Of a stretch of 64,000 nucleotides of DNA, positions 1-10,358 are shown one piece after another; positions within the stretch are counted from its first letter, which is position 1, and each line of letters starts with the position of its first letter. The DNA is taken from the NCBI GenBank assembly GCA_963830915.1, contig CAWHOE010000046.1:85358-149357 (forward strand). The letters run 5' to 3'. The notes under the pieces are model-generated. The model had not been told where the DNA came from, did no database searches, and saw nothing but the letters and a program-made list of their open reading frames with translations. The position numbers and the translations under genes are program-made. Source of the DNA: a candidate division FCPU426 bacterium (lineage in GTDB: Bacteria > Oederibacteriota > Muellerivitia > Muellerivitales > Muellerivitaceae).

Positions 1-542
1 TCTACGAACCTTCCCTCGCCCACATCCCCGCAGGCCAAATGTCCCCGATCCGGCCCCAAGAAACGGACACCCCTCGACCTAAGGATTTTGTGGTTTTGCC
101 GGATGGCTGGATGGTTCCACATGTTGACGTTCATCGCGGGTGCCATCCAGATCGGACAGGTGGCGTAAAGGCAAAGTGTTGAAAGCAGGTCGTTACCCAG
201 GCCAACCGCGGCTTTCGTCATGAAATCGGCTGAAGCTGGGGCGATCAATACCAGGTCCGCTTGACGGGTGAATTCAATATGGGGTACTACCGCGAAAGGG
301 TGGGAACCACTCGGGGTACCGGGAGGTATGGGAGTGGAACCCTTGAACAGGCTTTTCCAAACCGGGAATCCGGAGGCCCTTCGGAGTTCCTTCTCGGGGA
401 CCAAACGGGAACCCGCCTCGGTGATGACCACATGGACTTCGGAGAATTTCTTCAAAAGATGGATAAGCTCAACGGTCTTATAAGCGGCCACACTGCCTGT
501 GATGCCTAATAACACCTTGGGGATTTTGGGAGAATGAGCCAT
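1..542 (-). CDS. coaBC: Phosphopantothenoylcysteine decarboxylase/ligase CoaBC, N-terminal part (runs off the window edge)
   Basis: Manual minus-strand translation from ATG at 542: MAHSPKIPKVLLGITGSVAAYK...LIAPASADF...APAMNVNMW...GHLACGDVGEGR. These are flavoprotein/Dfp motifs, and the position after gmk-rpoZ is canonical. Confidence 0.92.
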   Translation of the reverse strand, partial: MAHSPKIPKVLLGITGSVAAYKTVELIHLLKKFSEVHVVITEAGSRLVPEKELRRASGFPVWKSLFKGSTPIPPGTPSGSHPFAVVPHIEFTRQADLVLIAPASADFMTKAAVGLGNDLLSTLCLYATCPIWMAPAMNVNMWNHPAIRQNHKILRSRGVRFLGPDRGHLACGDVGEGRFV

Positions 543-635
543 GGAAGATCAGCTGTCGGTCCGAAACTGGGGTTGGCAAACGGGAGATCAAATAGAAAAT
601 TCCTGAACTGTCAACCTACAGCCGTTGACCGCCTC

Positions 636-863
636 TCAGTCTTTTTCTCTTCGCTTCTTGGCCGGTACCGGGGTGTTGGTATAAGCCACTTTACTGGCCA
701 TGAACTCACTGAGAGCCTGCAGGATGACCTTCTCCGTATCCACGGTCATATTGTGTTTCTCGGCCCTATCCAGCAATTGCCTGGCCCTTTTCGATGCCAC
801 TAATACGGAAATATACCTGTTATCCAATAAACCTAATGTCGGGTCTTTCTTTTCTTCGGTCAT
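636..863 (-). CDS. rpoZ: RNA polymerase omega subunit
   Basis: NRYISVLVASKRARQL and QALSEF motifs; lies between gmk and coaBC. Confidence 0.9.
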   Translation of the reverse strand: MTEEKKDPTLGLLDNRYISVLVASKRARQLLDRAEKHNMTVDTEKVILQALSEFMASKVAYTNTPVPAKKRREKD

Positions 864-1022
864 GCTCCCCCTCCGGGTGGGTACTTTTTAGGTGTCAAAT
901 GTTAAAGAAGAACGCAAATTATACTCAAAACCCAGCGTAATCGTATAATAAAAGCCTTCATTTCACGAACTAAACAAGGCCTAAAATGGTCGTTTCAGCA
1001 GGTCAATAAAGCTGTTTTTATA

Positions 1023-1622
1023 CTAGTTTGTACTCATTAAGGCCTTCTTGGCCGATTCCAATCGTTCCGTTTGAAGGATTTTCGCCACATCAGCGACCGC
1101 CTTGGAAAGGCGATCATTGACCACCCGATATCGATAATAGCGTCCCTGTCGGATCTCCCCTTTGGCGTTTTGAAGCCTGACAGCCAATGCTTTCCCATCC
1201 TCGCTTTGACGACCCAGAAGCCTCTTTTTCAATACGGTGAAACTGGGAGGTTTCAGGAAGATCAATACCGCTCCCGGATCCTGTTTTTTGACCGATTTTC
1301 CGCCTTGGACATCGATGACCAACAGTACATCCTTGCCCTTGGCTCTTTGGGCGTTCACCCAGGCTTTAGGTGTGCCGTAATAATGCCGATGGACCTTGGC
1401 CCATTCCAGGAAAGAACCGGACAAGATCATTTTTTTGAAACGCGCTGGGGGCACAAAAAAATAGTCCCGGCCCGCCTTTTCGCCGATCCTGGGTTGACGG
1501 GTCGTGCAAGAAACAGAACGAACGAGGTTTTTATCCCGCTTCAACAGCTTTTGAGCGATGGTGGTCTTGCCCCCTCCCGACGGAGAGGAAAGGACGATCA
1601 TCAATCCAGCCCGCTTTTTCAT
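1023..1622 (-). CDS. gmk: Guanylate kinase
   Basis: SSPSGGGKTT P-loop, SCTTRQPR, FLEWAKVH..YYGTP, IDVQG. Confidence 0.97.
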   Translation of the reverse strand: MKKRAGLMIVLSSPSGGGKTTIAQKLLKRDKNLVRSVSCTTRQPRIGEKAGRDYFFVPPARFKKMILSGSFLEWAKVHRHYYGTPKAWVNAQRAKGKDVLLVIDVQGGKSVKKQDPGAVLIFLKPPSFTVLKKRLLGRQSEDGKALAVRLQNAKGEIRQGRYYRYRVVNDRLSKAVADVAKILQTERLESAKKALMSTN

Positions 1623-1643
1623 TGATTTTATATCCCGACTTAT

Positions 1644-2516
1644 TTATTCGATGTTTTGTATCTGTTCCCGTAACTGTTCCAACAGTTCCTTCAGCCTCAC
1701 GACGTTATGGGCCATTTTGGAATCAGCGGACTTGGAACCGATGGTATTGGTTTCCCGGTTCATTTCCTGGATGAGGAAGTCCAATTTCCGGCCAACACTC
1801 CCCTTTTCCTTCAGGGTATCCTGCAATGCGGCCAGATGACTGTCCAATCGGGTCAATTCTTCCGAGATATCGTGACGTTGGATCAAGACGCTCTCCTCCG
1901 TGGCCAACCGGGCCTGGTCCTGTAGGGGAGCGGGTAAATACTCGGCGATCTTATCCTTGAAGGCCTTCACTTTCTCCGCCATCAGCACTTTATGACGCTG
2001 GCGCAGTTGGAGGACAATGTTCGTGATCTCTTTGGCCCTTTCCAACATATCCTTACCTAGCCGCCCTCCCTCGACCTGACGCATCTTTTCCAAAGCCTTC
2101 AGCGCTTCCTGGACCGCCTCGCCGACCGCTTTTCGTTGCTCCGTTTCCATCCGCTCGGTCTCCACAACCATCAGCACGTCGGGCATTTTGAGAAGGGTCT
2201 CGATGGAAAGCTCGCCCTTGAGCTTGAACCTTTTGGAAGCCTTTTGGGCGGCATGAAGATATTCGGTTAGGAGATCCTCATTGACGACTACTGTCTTGGC
2301 CTTCATGGGCGACAGGTCTTTGAGGAAAAAATCGACTTTTCCCCTGGTCACCGAGGCCAGGATGAGCTCGCGCACTTCCGGTTCCATGAATTGGAAGAAG
2401 GTCGGCATCTTCAAATTGATGTCGTGGTACTTGTGATTGACGGTCTTGATCTCAGCCACCACCTGGAAGGATTTGGTCTGCCCGGATCCGCGGCCAAAAC
2501 CAGTCATGCTTCTCAT
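1644..2516 (-). CDS. yicC: YicC/YloC family endoribonuclease
   Basis: MRSMTGFGR start, EIKTVNHK, GRKLDFLIQEMNRETNTIGSK, EQLREQIQNIE end. ATG at 2516 has a GGGGGA RBS. Confidence 0.95.
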   Translation of the reverse strand: MRSMTGFGRGSGQTKSFQVVAEIKTVNHKYHDINLKMPTFFQFMEPEVRELILASVTRGKVDFFLKDLSPMKAKTVVVNEDLLTEYLHAAQKASKRFKLKGELSIETLLKMPDVLMVVETERMETEQRKAVGEAVQEALKALEKMRQVEGGRLGKDMLERAKEITNIVLQLRQRHKVLMAEKVKAFKDKIAEYLPAPLQDQARLATEESVLIQRHDISEELTRLDSHLAALQDTLKEKGSVGRKLDFLIQEMNRETNTIGSKSADSKMAHNVVRLKELLEQLREQIQNIE

Positions 2517-2656
2517 AATTCCCCCGTATCTCAAGGATGATCCAACAGGGCAAAAGCCCTATCGGGACTCAGCCAACATTATATTCTTTTTGAGGATCTT
2601 TCGGACGACATCAAACCCACCATAAACGACGACCCTTTCCAACCCAGGAACGTCCG

Positions 2657-3670
2657 CTAATCCTTTTCGACCGCTCCCACGATCTTCCAAGCTCCCTCTT
2701 TTTTGGAAAGGTTGAAACTTTTATCGATCTTTTGGGTTTTTCCAAGCCTTTTATCCATCCAACTCAGCGTGAAAGTCGCCGTGGCATAATCGCCATTGAT
2801 GACCATCCCCGCCAACTCCGCTTTTAATTGGAGTGATTTCTGGTCGTTGGATATCAATATCTGCTGATAGTCGCTGTTCCACTGCGCCCTTCCCGGGAAC
2901 ATCTCATCGAAGTAAGGGTTCATTTTCGTCTGGCTGCCGCTTTCCAGCGCCCCGCAAAAATTCACCGTGAAATGCTGGAGTTCGTATCGATCCACCGATA
3001 TTCCCCTAGACCCAATGGGCGTATACCAATCCAATTGGGAAAGGCTTGAGGTTAATTCCTTCAGCCATTTTTGCTCCTTTTCCGTTCCGGTGAGGGTCTC
3101 GGGTACGATCGCGTGCACCTTGACGACCAGGTCATCTTTTTTCAGGCCCCATTCCTCATCCAGCCATTTTTGACCCCTATAATCGACCACATGAAAGGGG
3201 ACCATAATCCAGACCAGCGAATCCCCTGTTTTCCATTCCCCAGTCTTGTCGACCTTGACTACCTGGAATTGATGATTGGTTAGGTCCTGTTGGGCGTCCG
3301 CCTGCCAGCTTTTCGCTGAAAAGGTCAAGGAAGGATCGGCAATCTGTACCGCCACCCGGACGATCATTTGATAACCAGGATCAGAAAACCGGGCTACCTC
3401 ATCCACTTCCTGGTCAGCTGAAAGTTTCAAATACACCCATTTTGTGGGTACCGGAAACCCAAATCCGTAATCGACCTGGACAAATTGTCCGTTAGAGACC
3501 CCCGTATCCACCGCAGGCGGAAGGGGCAAGGTGTTTTGAGCGAACCTTGGTTTTGTTTTACAGCCGATCGATATCAACAAAAGGGCCATCATCAGCATGA
3601 CCAAGCGCCAGTTTGATCGACGAATAACGAACCTCAAACCGGAAATATTCCTAGGAAAATTATTTTTCAA
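2657..3670 (-). CDS. Hypothetical lipoprotein (true start may be slightly downstream)
   Basis: 337-aa ORF overlapping the moxR stop. Hydrophobic stretch ends in lipobox-like ISIGC. C-terminus resembles NTF2-like folds (INGDYATATF...KKEGAWKIV). Confidence 0.65.
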   Translation of the reverse strand: MKNNFPRNISGLRFVIRRSNWRLVMLMMALLLISIGCKTKPRFAQNTLPLPPAVDTGVSNGQFVQVDYGFGFPVPTKWVYLKLSADQEVDEVARFSDPGYQMIVRVAVQIADPSLTFSAKSWQADAQQDLTNHQFQVVKVDKTGEWKTGDSLVWIMVPFHVVDYRGQKWLDEEWGLKKDDLVVKVHAIVPETLTGTEKEQKWLKELTSSLSQLDWYTPIGSRGISVDRYELQHFTVNFCGALESGSQTKMNPYFDEMFPGRAQWNSDYQQILISNDQKSLQLKAELAGMVINGDYATATFTLSWMDKRLGKTQKIDKSFNLSKKEGAWKIVGAVEKD

Positions 3671-4656
3671 GGAACAGGCACCTTATTGAGTATCTGTTGG
3701 ATCACATCATCGGTCTTGAGATTCTGCGCCTCCGCCTCATAAGTGAGGATCAGCCGGTGCCTCATTACATCGGGGGCCAAAGCTTTGACATCCTCCGGGG
3801 TCGCGTAACCGCGCCCGTTCATGAAGGCCCGTGCCTTGGCGGTGTTCGTCATACCGAGCGAGGCCCGGGGACTGGCTCCATACTCGATCAACGAGGTCAG
3901 GTTATCCAGCTTGTAGGCCTTGGGGTTGCGGCTGGCCGTCACTAAATGAACGATATAATCTTTCAATGTCTCGCTGACATAGACATTATCCACCAGCTTT
4001 TGGGCCTTTAAGATGGCCTGCGCCGATAGGATCTCGTTGGTCTTGATGGAGGCTCCTGAAGCCATACGGGTGATGATCTCTTTTTCATCCTCGAAACCAG
4101 GATAGCCAACGAAAACCTTCATCAAGAAACGGTCGACCTGCGCCTCAGGCAGCGGATAGGTTCCCTCATGCTCGATGGGATTCTGGGTGGCCATTACGAA
4201 GAAGGGTTCTTCCAGCTTGAAGGTATCCGGTCCGATGGTGACCTGATGTTCCTGCATGGACTCAAGCAAGGCCGACTGGACCTTGGCGGGAGCGCGGTTG
4301 ATCTCATCGGCCAGCACCAGATTGGCGAAGACCGGGCCCTTCTGTGTCTTGAACTCGCCTTTGGCCGGCATATAGATGCGCGTCCCCAAAAGATCCGCCG
4401 GTAGAAGGTCCGGAGTGAACTGGATACGGCTGAAAGACACACCCAACACCTCCGAAAGGGTGCGAATGGCCAGGGTCTTGGCCAACCCGGGCAACCCTTC
4501 CAGAAGCAGGTGCCCTTTCGCCAGCAGCCCCAGCAACAACCTTTCCACCAAGTCTTCCTGGCCCACAATGACCTTCTTCACTTCTTCCTTGGCCTTTTGG
4601 AACTGTTCGCTCAGCCTCTGGCCTTCTTGTGTCAGTTCTTCGTTCTGTGTCGCCAT
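3667..4656 (-). CDS. moxR: MoxR family AAA+ ATPase
   Basis: LEGLPGLAKT Walker A, RIQFTPDLLPAD, LADEINRAPAKVQSALLE, ATQNPIEHEGTYPLPEAQVDRF, GASPRA. AAGGAG RBS before ATG 4656. Confidence 0.96.
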   Translation of the reverse strand: MATQNEELTQEGQRLSEQFQKAKEEVKKVIVGQEDLVERLLLGLLAKGHLLLEGLPGLAKTLAIRTLSEVLGVSFSRIQFTPDLLPADLLGTRIYMPAKGEFKTQKGPVFANLVLADEINRAPAKVQSALLESMQEHQVTIGPDTFKLEEPFFVMATQNPIEHEGTYPLPEAQVDRFLMKVFVGYPGFEDEKEIITRMASGASIKTNEILSAQAILKAQKLVDNVYVSETLKDYIVHLVTASRNPKAYKLDNLTSLIEYGASPRASLGMTNTAKARAFMNGRGYATPEDVKALAPDVMRHRLILTYEAEAQNLKTDDVIQQILNKVPVP

Positions 4657-4698
4657 TTTAGCTCCTTGAGATTTCACCGCTACTTCGCGGTATCCACT

Positions 4699-5691
4699 TT
4701 AAGATTTCTGCATCTTCGGCAGCAAAGCCGAACATTGACTCCTCAGATTATCCCGGCCGGTCAGATTTCCATCCGCGTACAGGACCCGGTCGCAAATTTT
4801 AAGGCACTTTTCCACTGCTTCCATCTCATCCTTTGTCAGCTTGTACTTTTTCAATTCTTTCAGGATCTCCTCGGTGGTGTAATCCACCGCTGGGAAACCC
4901 AGGCGATATTGGAGACAATCCCGCAGCAGGCTGGAAAGGGCCAAGCAGAACTCCTTGGCCGAGAGCTCCTCATTGGAAAGTTTCCGCCAGGCTTCCCTCA
5001 ATTCAGCCGCTTTACCCAATAAGACCGGCTGATTCTTGGTTTTTTTCGGCCTGGAAAAACGCCACCAGATATAACCGGCGATAATGATCACCAACACCAG
5101 CCAAAAAATGATCTTGATGGCCATAATGGAGTCATCGATCAAGGGTTTGATCCCCCGAAGTTGGTCATCAGGCGTGACCGGGGGATTGGTCTGAGGATTC
5201 TGGACCGGCGGGTTTTGTTTTTTCGATCCAAAAAAAGAGAAGGGTTTCTTGGCGGTCACCGTGACTGAAACAACGTTCGATTTGATCTCGCGCCTCTTAC
5301 CTGAGGGATCCTGGTAAAGCAAAAGAGCCGGGCCCAATGTCTCGCTCCCGGCCTTGGTCGCTTCCAGGGTATATCGGGTCGTCGCGACGGCCGCCGTCTG
5401 CTGGTTGACGATGGTGACCTGGTTGAAAGAACTGGCCCCCCTTATCTGGAATAATTCCGGGGTGGGAATGGTCGGATCCTGCAAGACCGTGCTGTTCCCG
5501 TTCCCGACCTGCTTGAACTCGATGGAAACGGTGATCTTATCGCCCACCTCCACCTCACGGTTGTCCACATCCAGGATCAAACCGACCGTCTCGCCCTGAT
5601 TTTGGGCCCAAAGCCTTCCGCCCCCCTGGATCAATACCACCCAAGACAGGGCAAGGCTCAAGATCAATAATTTCCTAGTTTTCGCGATCAT
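4699..5691 (-). CDS. BatD-like protein: one Ig-like domain, a TM helix and a cytoplasmic DUF4381-like tail
   Basis: Signal peptide; VDNREVEVGD..V.IEF and 'SSFNQVTIVN...YTLEATKAG...LGPA' BatD pattern; LRGIKP precedes the TM; TTEEI motif; located in the Bat cluster. Confidence 0.7.
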   Translation of the reverse strand: MIAKTRKLLILSLALSWVVLIQGGGRLWAQNQGETVGLILDVDNREVEVGDKITVSIEFKQVGNGNSTVLQDPTIPTPELFQIRGASSFNQVTIVNQQTAAVATTRYTLEATKAGSETLGPALLLYQDPSGKRREIKSNVVSVTVTAKKPFSFFGSKKQNPPVQNPQTNPPVTPDDQLRGIKPLIDDSIMAIKIIFWLVLVIIIAGYIWWRFSRPKKTKNQPVLLGKAAELREAWRKLSNEELSAKEFCLALSSLLRDCLQYRLGFPAVDYTTEEILKELKKYKLTKDEMEAVEKCLKICDRVLYADGNLTGRDNLRSQCSALLPKMQKS

Positions 5692-5765
5692 TTCATTTCA
5701 CCTCATGGTTTAAGAACGGCGTATTTTACCCTTGTCCCACATCCCTTGCATCGTCAAAGTCGATC

Positions 5766-6713
5766 TCACCAATCCTCCTGTACCTGATCGCCACTGTTGT
5801 CCGGCTTGCCAAAGAACTTCTTCATGAATTCCTGTTGTTCCCTGGGCAGAAAATTCCACATAGCGCTTTGTTTTTGCTGCTCCCGCTTGGGATTGGCCGA
5901 ATAGTAACGCTGGGTCTGCTCCTCTTGTTTTTGCATTTTGGAATATAGCTCCTGGATCTGTTGGTCACTCAAACCCAGTTCTTTTTTAGCCTGTTCCTGT
6001 CTCTGTTGGTCCTCCTGGTTTTGTCTCGCCTGGGCCGGGTCCGGTTTCCCCTGGGGATCGGGTTTGGGTTGGCCATTCTTGTCCTTGTTTTGGGGATTAT
6101 TGGCCTGATCCTTTTTTTGATCTTGCTGGTTTCCGTTCGATTGTTTTTGCTGGTTCGACTGGTTCTGTTGCTGGTCCTTCGGCTGTTGCTTCTGCTGTTG
6201 ATCCTTGGACTGTTGTTGTTGATCTTGCTGTTTTTTCTTTTCCTGTTCTTCTTTCTTTTTTTGATCGCTCTTGTCCGATTTGGGGTCTTGTTTCAGTTTC
6301 TTTTCGGCCAGGTCCAGGTTGAACTTGGCGTCGGCGTCTTTCGGATCCAGTTGAAGGGCTTTTTGATAGGCTTCAATGGCGTCCTTATAACGCTCTTGTT
6401 GGAAATAACTATTGCCCAGGTTATACCACCCCTGTTCCAGGGTCGGTTTCTTTTGAAGGACTTGCTCAAAAGCGTTCTGAGAATCCTCATACTTGCCCTG
6501 TTGGTAAAGGGTGTTCCCCAGGTCGTAAAGGGCGTTCATGTCATCCGGGTTCCCTTTCACCTTGTCCTCGTAATATTTCTCAGCGTTTTGGTAATCCTTG
6601 TTCTCGTAGGCGCTTTTTCCCGAGGAAAGATCGAATGCCATCGATGGACTCGCCAATGAGAGGAGCGCAAGGCCCAAAAGCGGGAAATAGATTTTTAACG
6701 AAAGACTTTTCAT
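5766..6713 (-). CDS. BatC-like TPR protein with Gln/Lys-rich linker
   Basis: TPR motifs YDLGNTLYQQGKYE, YNLGNSYFQQERY..AIEAYQKAL, DAKFNLDLA; Q/K/D low-complexity linker; ends in EDW as BatC homologs do. Confidence 0.85.
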   Translation of the reverse strand: MKSLSLKIYFPLLGLALLSLASPSMAFDLSSGKSAYENKDYQNAEKYYEDKVKGNPDDMNALYDLGNTLYQQGKYEDSQNAFEQVLQKKPTLEQGWYNLGNSYFQQERYKDAIEAYQKALQLDPKDADAKFNLDLAEKKLKQDPKSDKSDQKKKEEQEKKKQQDQQQQSKDQQQKQQPKDQQQNQSNQQKQSNGNQQDQKKDQANNPQNKDKNGQPKPDPQGKPDPAQARQNQEDQQRQEQAKKELGLSDQQIQELYSKMQKQEEQTQRYYSANPKREQQKQSAMWNFLPREQQEFMKKFFGKPDNSGDQVQEDW

Positions 6714-6723
6714 TTCATTCCCT

Positions 6724-7713
6724 CTACAAGATCGATGACAGGAAAACCGCGCCCGCCGCCAAAGCTCCCAGCGCGGGGGATAATTCCTGCCGTTTCATGG
6801 CGCCCTGCCCCTTCATCTGGGTCTTCTGTAAACCTTCCAACCTGTTCCCGATGGAATTCAGGTTTTCGTAACTATCCCCTGGTATATAGACGCCGCCGGT
6901 GGTGTCAGCGATACTTTTAAGTGTTTTTTCGTCCAAATGGCTCACATGGACACTCCCGTTAGCGTCCCTTTTATAATTGGCCTCTCCCCAAAAGGAAACC
7001 CCATCCGGGATCGGACGTCCTTGGGGTGTGCCCATTCCCACCGAAATGATTGGGATCTTCATGTCTTTTGCCCTTTGGAGCACTTCCGGAAGGCTGGCCG
7101 AACCCTCGGTGATCTCGCCGTCGGTGAGAAGCAGAATGACCTTCCCTCTTTTGGATTGATCGTCCTTGCCGAAAGCGTCCAAGGCCGTCCGGATCCCTTC
7201 CCCGATATCGGTACCGCCGCGGTCCACCGAGTCCACATCCGCTTTGCTCAGGACCATATTGACGGCCTCCAGGTCAAGCGTCAGGGGCACCTGGACCAAA
7301 GCCTCGCCCGCGAAAATGACCACTCCCACTCGATCACCCTGTCTTCCTTCCAGCCAAGTGGCGACCGCTTTTTTGGCGGCGTCCAATCGGCAGGGCGCGA
7401 TGTCCTGGGTCATCATGCTCTTGGATACGTCCAAAACGACCATGATATCCACGCCGCTCACGTTAAGGTCTTCCGGAACGGACTTTCCTTGCAAACGGGC
7501 CGCTCCCAAAAGCGCCAACCCCAGGCCAATGATCACGAACAGGCCTTTCATGATCCTCCGACCCCAGGTCAGTTCGGGTGCCCAGACCAGGTTCTGGTAT
7601 CCCAGCAAACGCAGGTCTCGTTTATCCCTCCAAAGGGTGAACAATGCCGAAATCAGCGCGATCAAGAACAGCGCCGCCAAAGGAAGGAGCCAGGTCATGT
7701 TCGCGATGTTCAT
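6724..7713 (-). CDS. BatB-like VWA domain membrane protein
   Basis: MIDAS LDVSKSM, RLDAAK, DRVGVVIFAG, PLTLD, GGTDIG, LLTDGE. Confidence 0.9.
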   Translation of the reverse strand: MNIANMTWLLPLAALFLIALISALFTLWRDKRDLRLLGYQNLVWAPELTWGRRIMKGLFVIIGLGLALLGAARLQGKSVPEDLNVSGVDIMVVLDVSKSMMTQDIAPCRLDAAKKAVATWLEGRQGDRVGVVIFAGEALVQVPLTLDLEAVNMVLSKADVDSVDRGGTDIGEGIRTALDAFGKDDQSKRGKVILLLTDGEITEGSASLPEVLQRAKDMKIPIISVGMGTPQGRPIPDGVSFWGEANYKRDANGSVHVSHLDEKTLKSIADTTGGVYIPGDSYENLNSIGNRLEGLQKTQMKGQGAMKRQELSPALGALAAGAVFLSSIL

Positions 7714-8828
7714 GGCAGGGTCCTTAACACCGTCATCTCCAACCCCATATCAAAAAGGAGGAGGATGAAAGCCCCCAGAAGGAAATAAGCCGCCAGTTCG
7801 TTGTACTCCCAATGAGTGACCGTGACCACATCGTGCTTTTCCAACCGGGCGACGTCATCCAAGATGGCCTGAAGGGACCGATTGTCGGTGGCGGCATAAG
7901 CTTTTCCGCCTGTGATCCGGGCGATCTCAGTCAGTAGGCCCATATCCACCGGGTCGCTCAGGGCCATTTCCCCTGTTCTCGGGTCGATGTAAGGTCCCAC
8001 ATGACCATCCGGATATTCCCCCATGGCCAGGACCCTGTTCTTGGCGCCCATGCCGACGGTATAAACCTTGATGCCCCGGCTGACGGCGATCTTGGCCGCC
8101 GTCAGGGGATCCACCATCCCGGCGTTGTTTCCGCCGTCCGTCAAGAGGAGGATCGCCTGGGTGTTCTTGGCCGGTTCCTCAGAAGAGGTTTCCGTTCCCA
8201 GGAGTTTGGACGCCAGGGAAGCGGCGGCGGAAGTCGGGGTCGGCGTTCCCTTCCCCGTGCCTTGTTGCAATCGGTTCAAGCAGGACACCAACGCGTCCCC
8301 GATCGCGGTCCCATCCAATTTGATCGAGTGGGGGGCCGGCTCCACATTCGCTAAAAGTTGTTTCACGATACTGATGTCAGTGGTCAAGGGGCATTGGGTG
8401 AAACTGATACGGGCGAAAATGGTCAGACCCACCCGCACATTCTGGACCTTGTCCAGGAACTCGCTCAGGAGTTTCTTGGCCGCCGTGATCCGGTTGGGTT
8501 GAAGGTCGTTCGTCACCATGGACCCGGAAACATCGAGCGCCACGAAAAGGTCGGTGGCCTGTGTCTTCGTTTCCACTTTCTTCTGCCCCGCCTGGGGCCG
8601 GGCCGCCGCGATCAAGCACAAGAGCAGGACAAGGAACCGCAAGACCCAGGGTAACCATTGGGCCGTCAGGGTTCCCGACCCCATCTCCACCAACCGGGGA
8701 TTACCGATATAAAGGGTCGTGTGTTTCAACCTCGTGGTCAGGAAGAACAGCAATAGGGCCAGGGGCAAAAAGAAGATCGAATAAAGCCAGTTCGGGTCGG
8801 CGAAATGGAAACCTTGGAGGTTCATCAC
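7710..8828 (-). CDS. BatA-like VWA domain membrane protein
   Basis: FADPNWL, AAARPQ, MIDAS LDVSGSM, CPLTTD, GTAIGDAL, LLTDGGNNAG. Confidence 0.9.
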   Translation of the reverse strand: MMNLQGFHFADPNWLYSIFFLPLALLLFFLTTRLKHTTLYIGNPRLVEMGSGTLTAQWLPWVLRFLVLLLCLIAAARPQAGQKKVETKTQATDLFVALDVSGSMVTNDLQPNRITAAKKLLSEFLDKVQNVRVGLTIFARISFTQCPLTTDISIVKQLLANVEPAPHSIKLDGTAIGDALVSCLNRLQQGTGKGTPTPTSAAASLASKLLGTETSSEEPAKNTQAILLLTDGGNNAGMVDPLTAAKIAVSRGIKVYTVGMGAKNRVLAMGEYPDGHVGPYIDPRTGEMALSDPVDMGLLTEIARITGGKAYAATDNRSLQAILDDVARLEKHDVVTVTHWEYNELAAYFLLGAFILLLFDMGLEMTVLRTLP

Positions 8829-9706
8829 CGCCTCCCCAACCGCTCGATGCGGGTCTTGAAGAATTTCAAAAGGGGCGGGACCACATTGGACCCGGCCTGG
8901 ACCTCCAGCCGGTCCACACCCATGGAAGTGAGCGCCTTCAATTGTTTCTCGCGGAAATCCATGGCCTTACGGAAAGCCTCATTGGACCCGGGCGACAGAT
9001 AACCCACTCGGCCCGTTTCGGGATCCCTCACCGCTACCCGGGCCGGAAGGAATGGGGCTTTTTCCAATGGGTCCTGGATGACCGCCGCGATGACGTCATT
9101 TCGTTTGGCCAGGACGCTGGCCGTATCCATGGGGATGGGATCGGTGAAATCGGAGACCAGGACCAGGACGCTTCGTCTTTTCAGCACCTTGGACAACATT
9201 CCGAAGGCTGGCTTATAGTCGGTCTTTTTCCCTGCCGGTCGATAACCGATGAGTTTTCGCAGCACGCCCATGGTGGCGGTTTTGCCCCTTTTGGGCGGCG
9301 CGAAGTATTCCACCCGATCGGTGAAAACCATCAAGCCGACTCGGTCCTGATGTTGGACCGCCGCGAAAGCCATGACCGCGCAAAGCCGGAGGGCTGTTTC
9401 CCGTTTGCTCATGGCGCCCGACGCGTACCAAAGGGAAGCCGACAGGTCCACCGCCAGAACGATCTGCAGTTCCCGTTCCTCCACGTAGGTCTTGATATAG
9501 GGGGCGTTGAGACGGGCCGTGACGTTCCAATCAATGGTCCGGTAATCGTCCTCGGGCGTATATTCGCGGACTTGATGGAACTCCAAGCCTCTCCCCCGGA
9601 AGGTGCTCTTGTAAAAGCCCTTCAACAGGGTATCGACCGCTCCCCGGGTGACGATCTCCAAACGCCGGACTTCGTTAAGGATGGAAAGTGGATCGGATTT
9701 GTTCAT
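8825..9706 (-). CDS. DUF58 family protein (MoxR-associated VWA-like)
   Basis: FRGRGLEFHQVREY..DD.R.IDWNVTAR, YVEERE, VDLSAS, VSDF. Confidence 0.93.
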   Translation of the reverse strand: MNKSDPLSILNEVRRLEIVTRGAVDTLLKGFYKSTFRGRGLEFHQVREYTPEDDYRTIDWNVTARLNAPYIKTYVEERELQIVLAVDLSASLWYASGAMSKRETALRLCAVMAFAAVQHQDRVGLMVFTDRVEYFAPPKRGKTATMGVLRKLIGYRPAGKKTDYKPAFGMLSKVLKRRSVLVLVSDFTDPIPMDTASVLAKRNDVIAAVIQDPLEKAPFLPARVAVRDPETGRVGYLSPGSNEAFRKAMDFREKQLKALTSMGVDRLEVQAGSNVVPPLLKFFKTRIERLGRR

Positions 9707-9755
9707 CGGTATTTAGACGTTCTTTTCATAGGAAGAGTTTTACGGCCAGCGATGA

Positions 9756-10100
9756 TTACTTGCGGTTAGGGACCATCTTCTTCTCGATCCAACCGGGGAC
9801 GAAGGAAAACAAAAGAAAGAAAAAGACGCCCAAACCGACAGCGATCAGCCCGTTGATCTTCAAGGCTTTCAGCGAATCCAGTCCATAGGCGTTCTCAATG
9901 GAATTATAGACGCCCCAGAAAACCCAGATCACCGGACCGATCAAAGCCCCGATCAAGGCGTTGGACCAAAGCCACGTTTTTTTTGCTTTGGGTGTTTTAG
10001 GGCCCAGGAAGAGTGCGGCTGTGATACTGAACAAAGTAACAGCGGCCGAAAGGCCCAGGATGATCTGGTCCAACTGTTGTTCGGTGAATAGTTCCTTCAT
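9756..10100 (-). CDS. Hypothetical membrane protein (3 TM)
   Basis: 114-aa ORF with three hydrophobic segments, co-oriented with the operon. Confidence 0.7.
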   Translation of the reverse strand: MKELFTEQQLDQIILGLSAAVTLFSITAALFLGPKTPKAKKTWLWSNALIGALIGPVIWVFWGVYNSIENAYGLDSLKALKINGLIAVGLGVFFFLLFSFVPGWIEKKMVPNRK

Positions 10101-10157
10101 TTTTAAGCCTTTTCAAGTTCGTTGATCAAGGTTCGGCTGTTACGACCGGACGTTCTT

Positions 10158-10340
10158 TTAGGAGTTGAAAAAACCTGGAACAGCCCAGAGCAAGACCGAA
10201 AGGAACATCAGAATGGTGCCGCCCAGCATGACCAGGGCCCAAAGGGTATCCTGCGGTTTAGGGGTGGAGTCGGACTTCCAGAGCCCGAGGTTGAAAAGGA
10301 CATAGCCGACGACGATTCCCACGATCCATCCTGGTGCCAA
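10158..10340 (-). CDS. Small membrane protein (2 TM)
   Basis: AAGGAG RBS before a TTG start; two hydrophobic helices. Confidence 0.6.
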   Translation of the reverse strand: MAPGWIVGIVVGYVLFNLGLWKSDSTPKPQDTLWALVMLGGTILMFLSVLLWAVPGFFNS

Positions 10341-10358
10341 GGTCAGCTCCTTCGTTGA

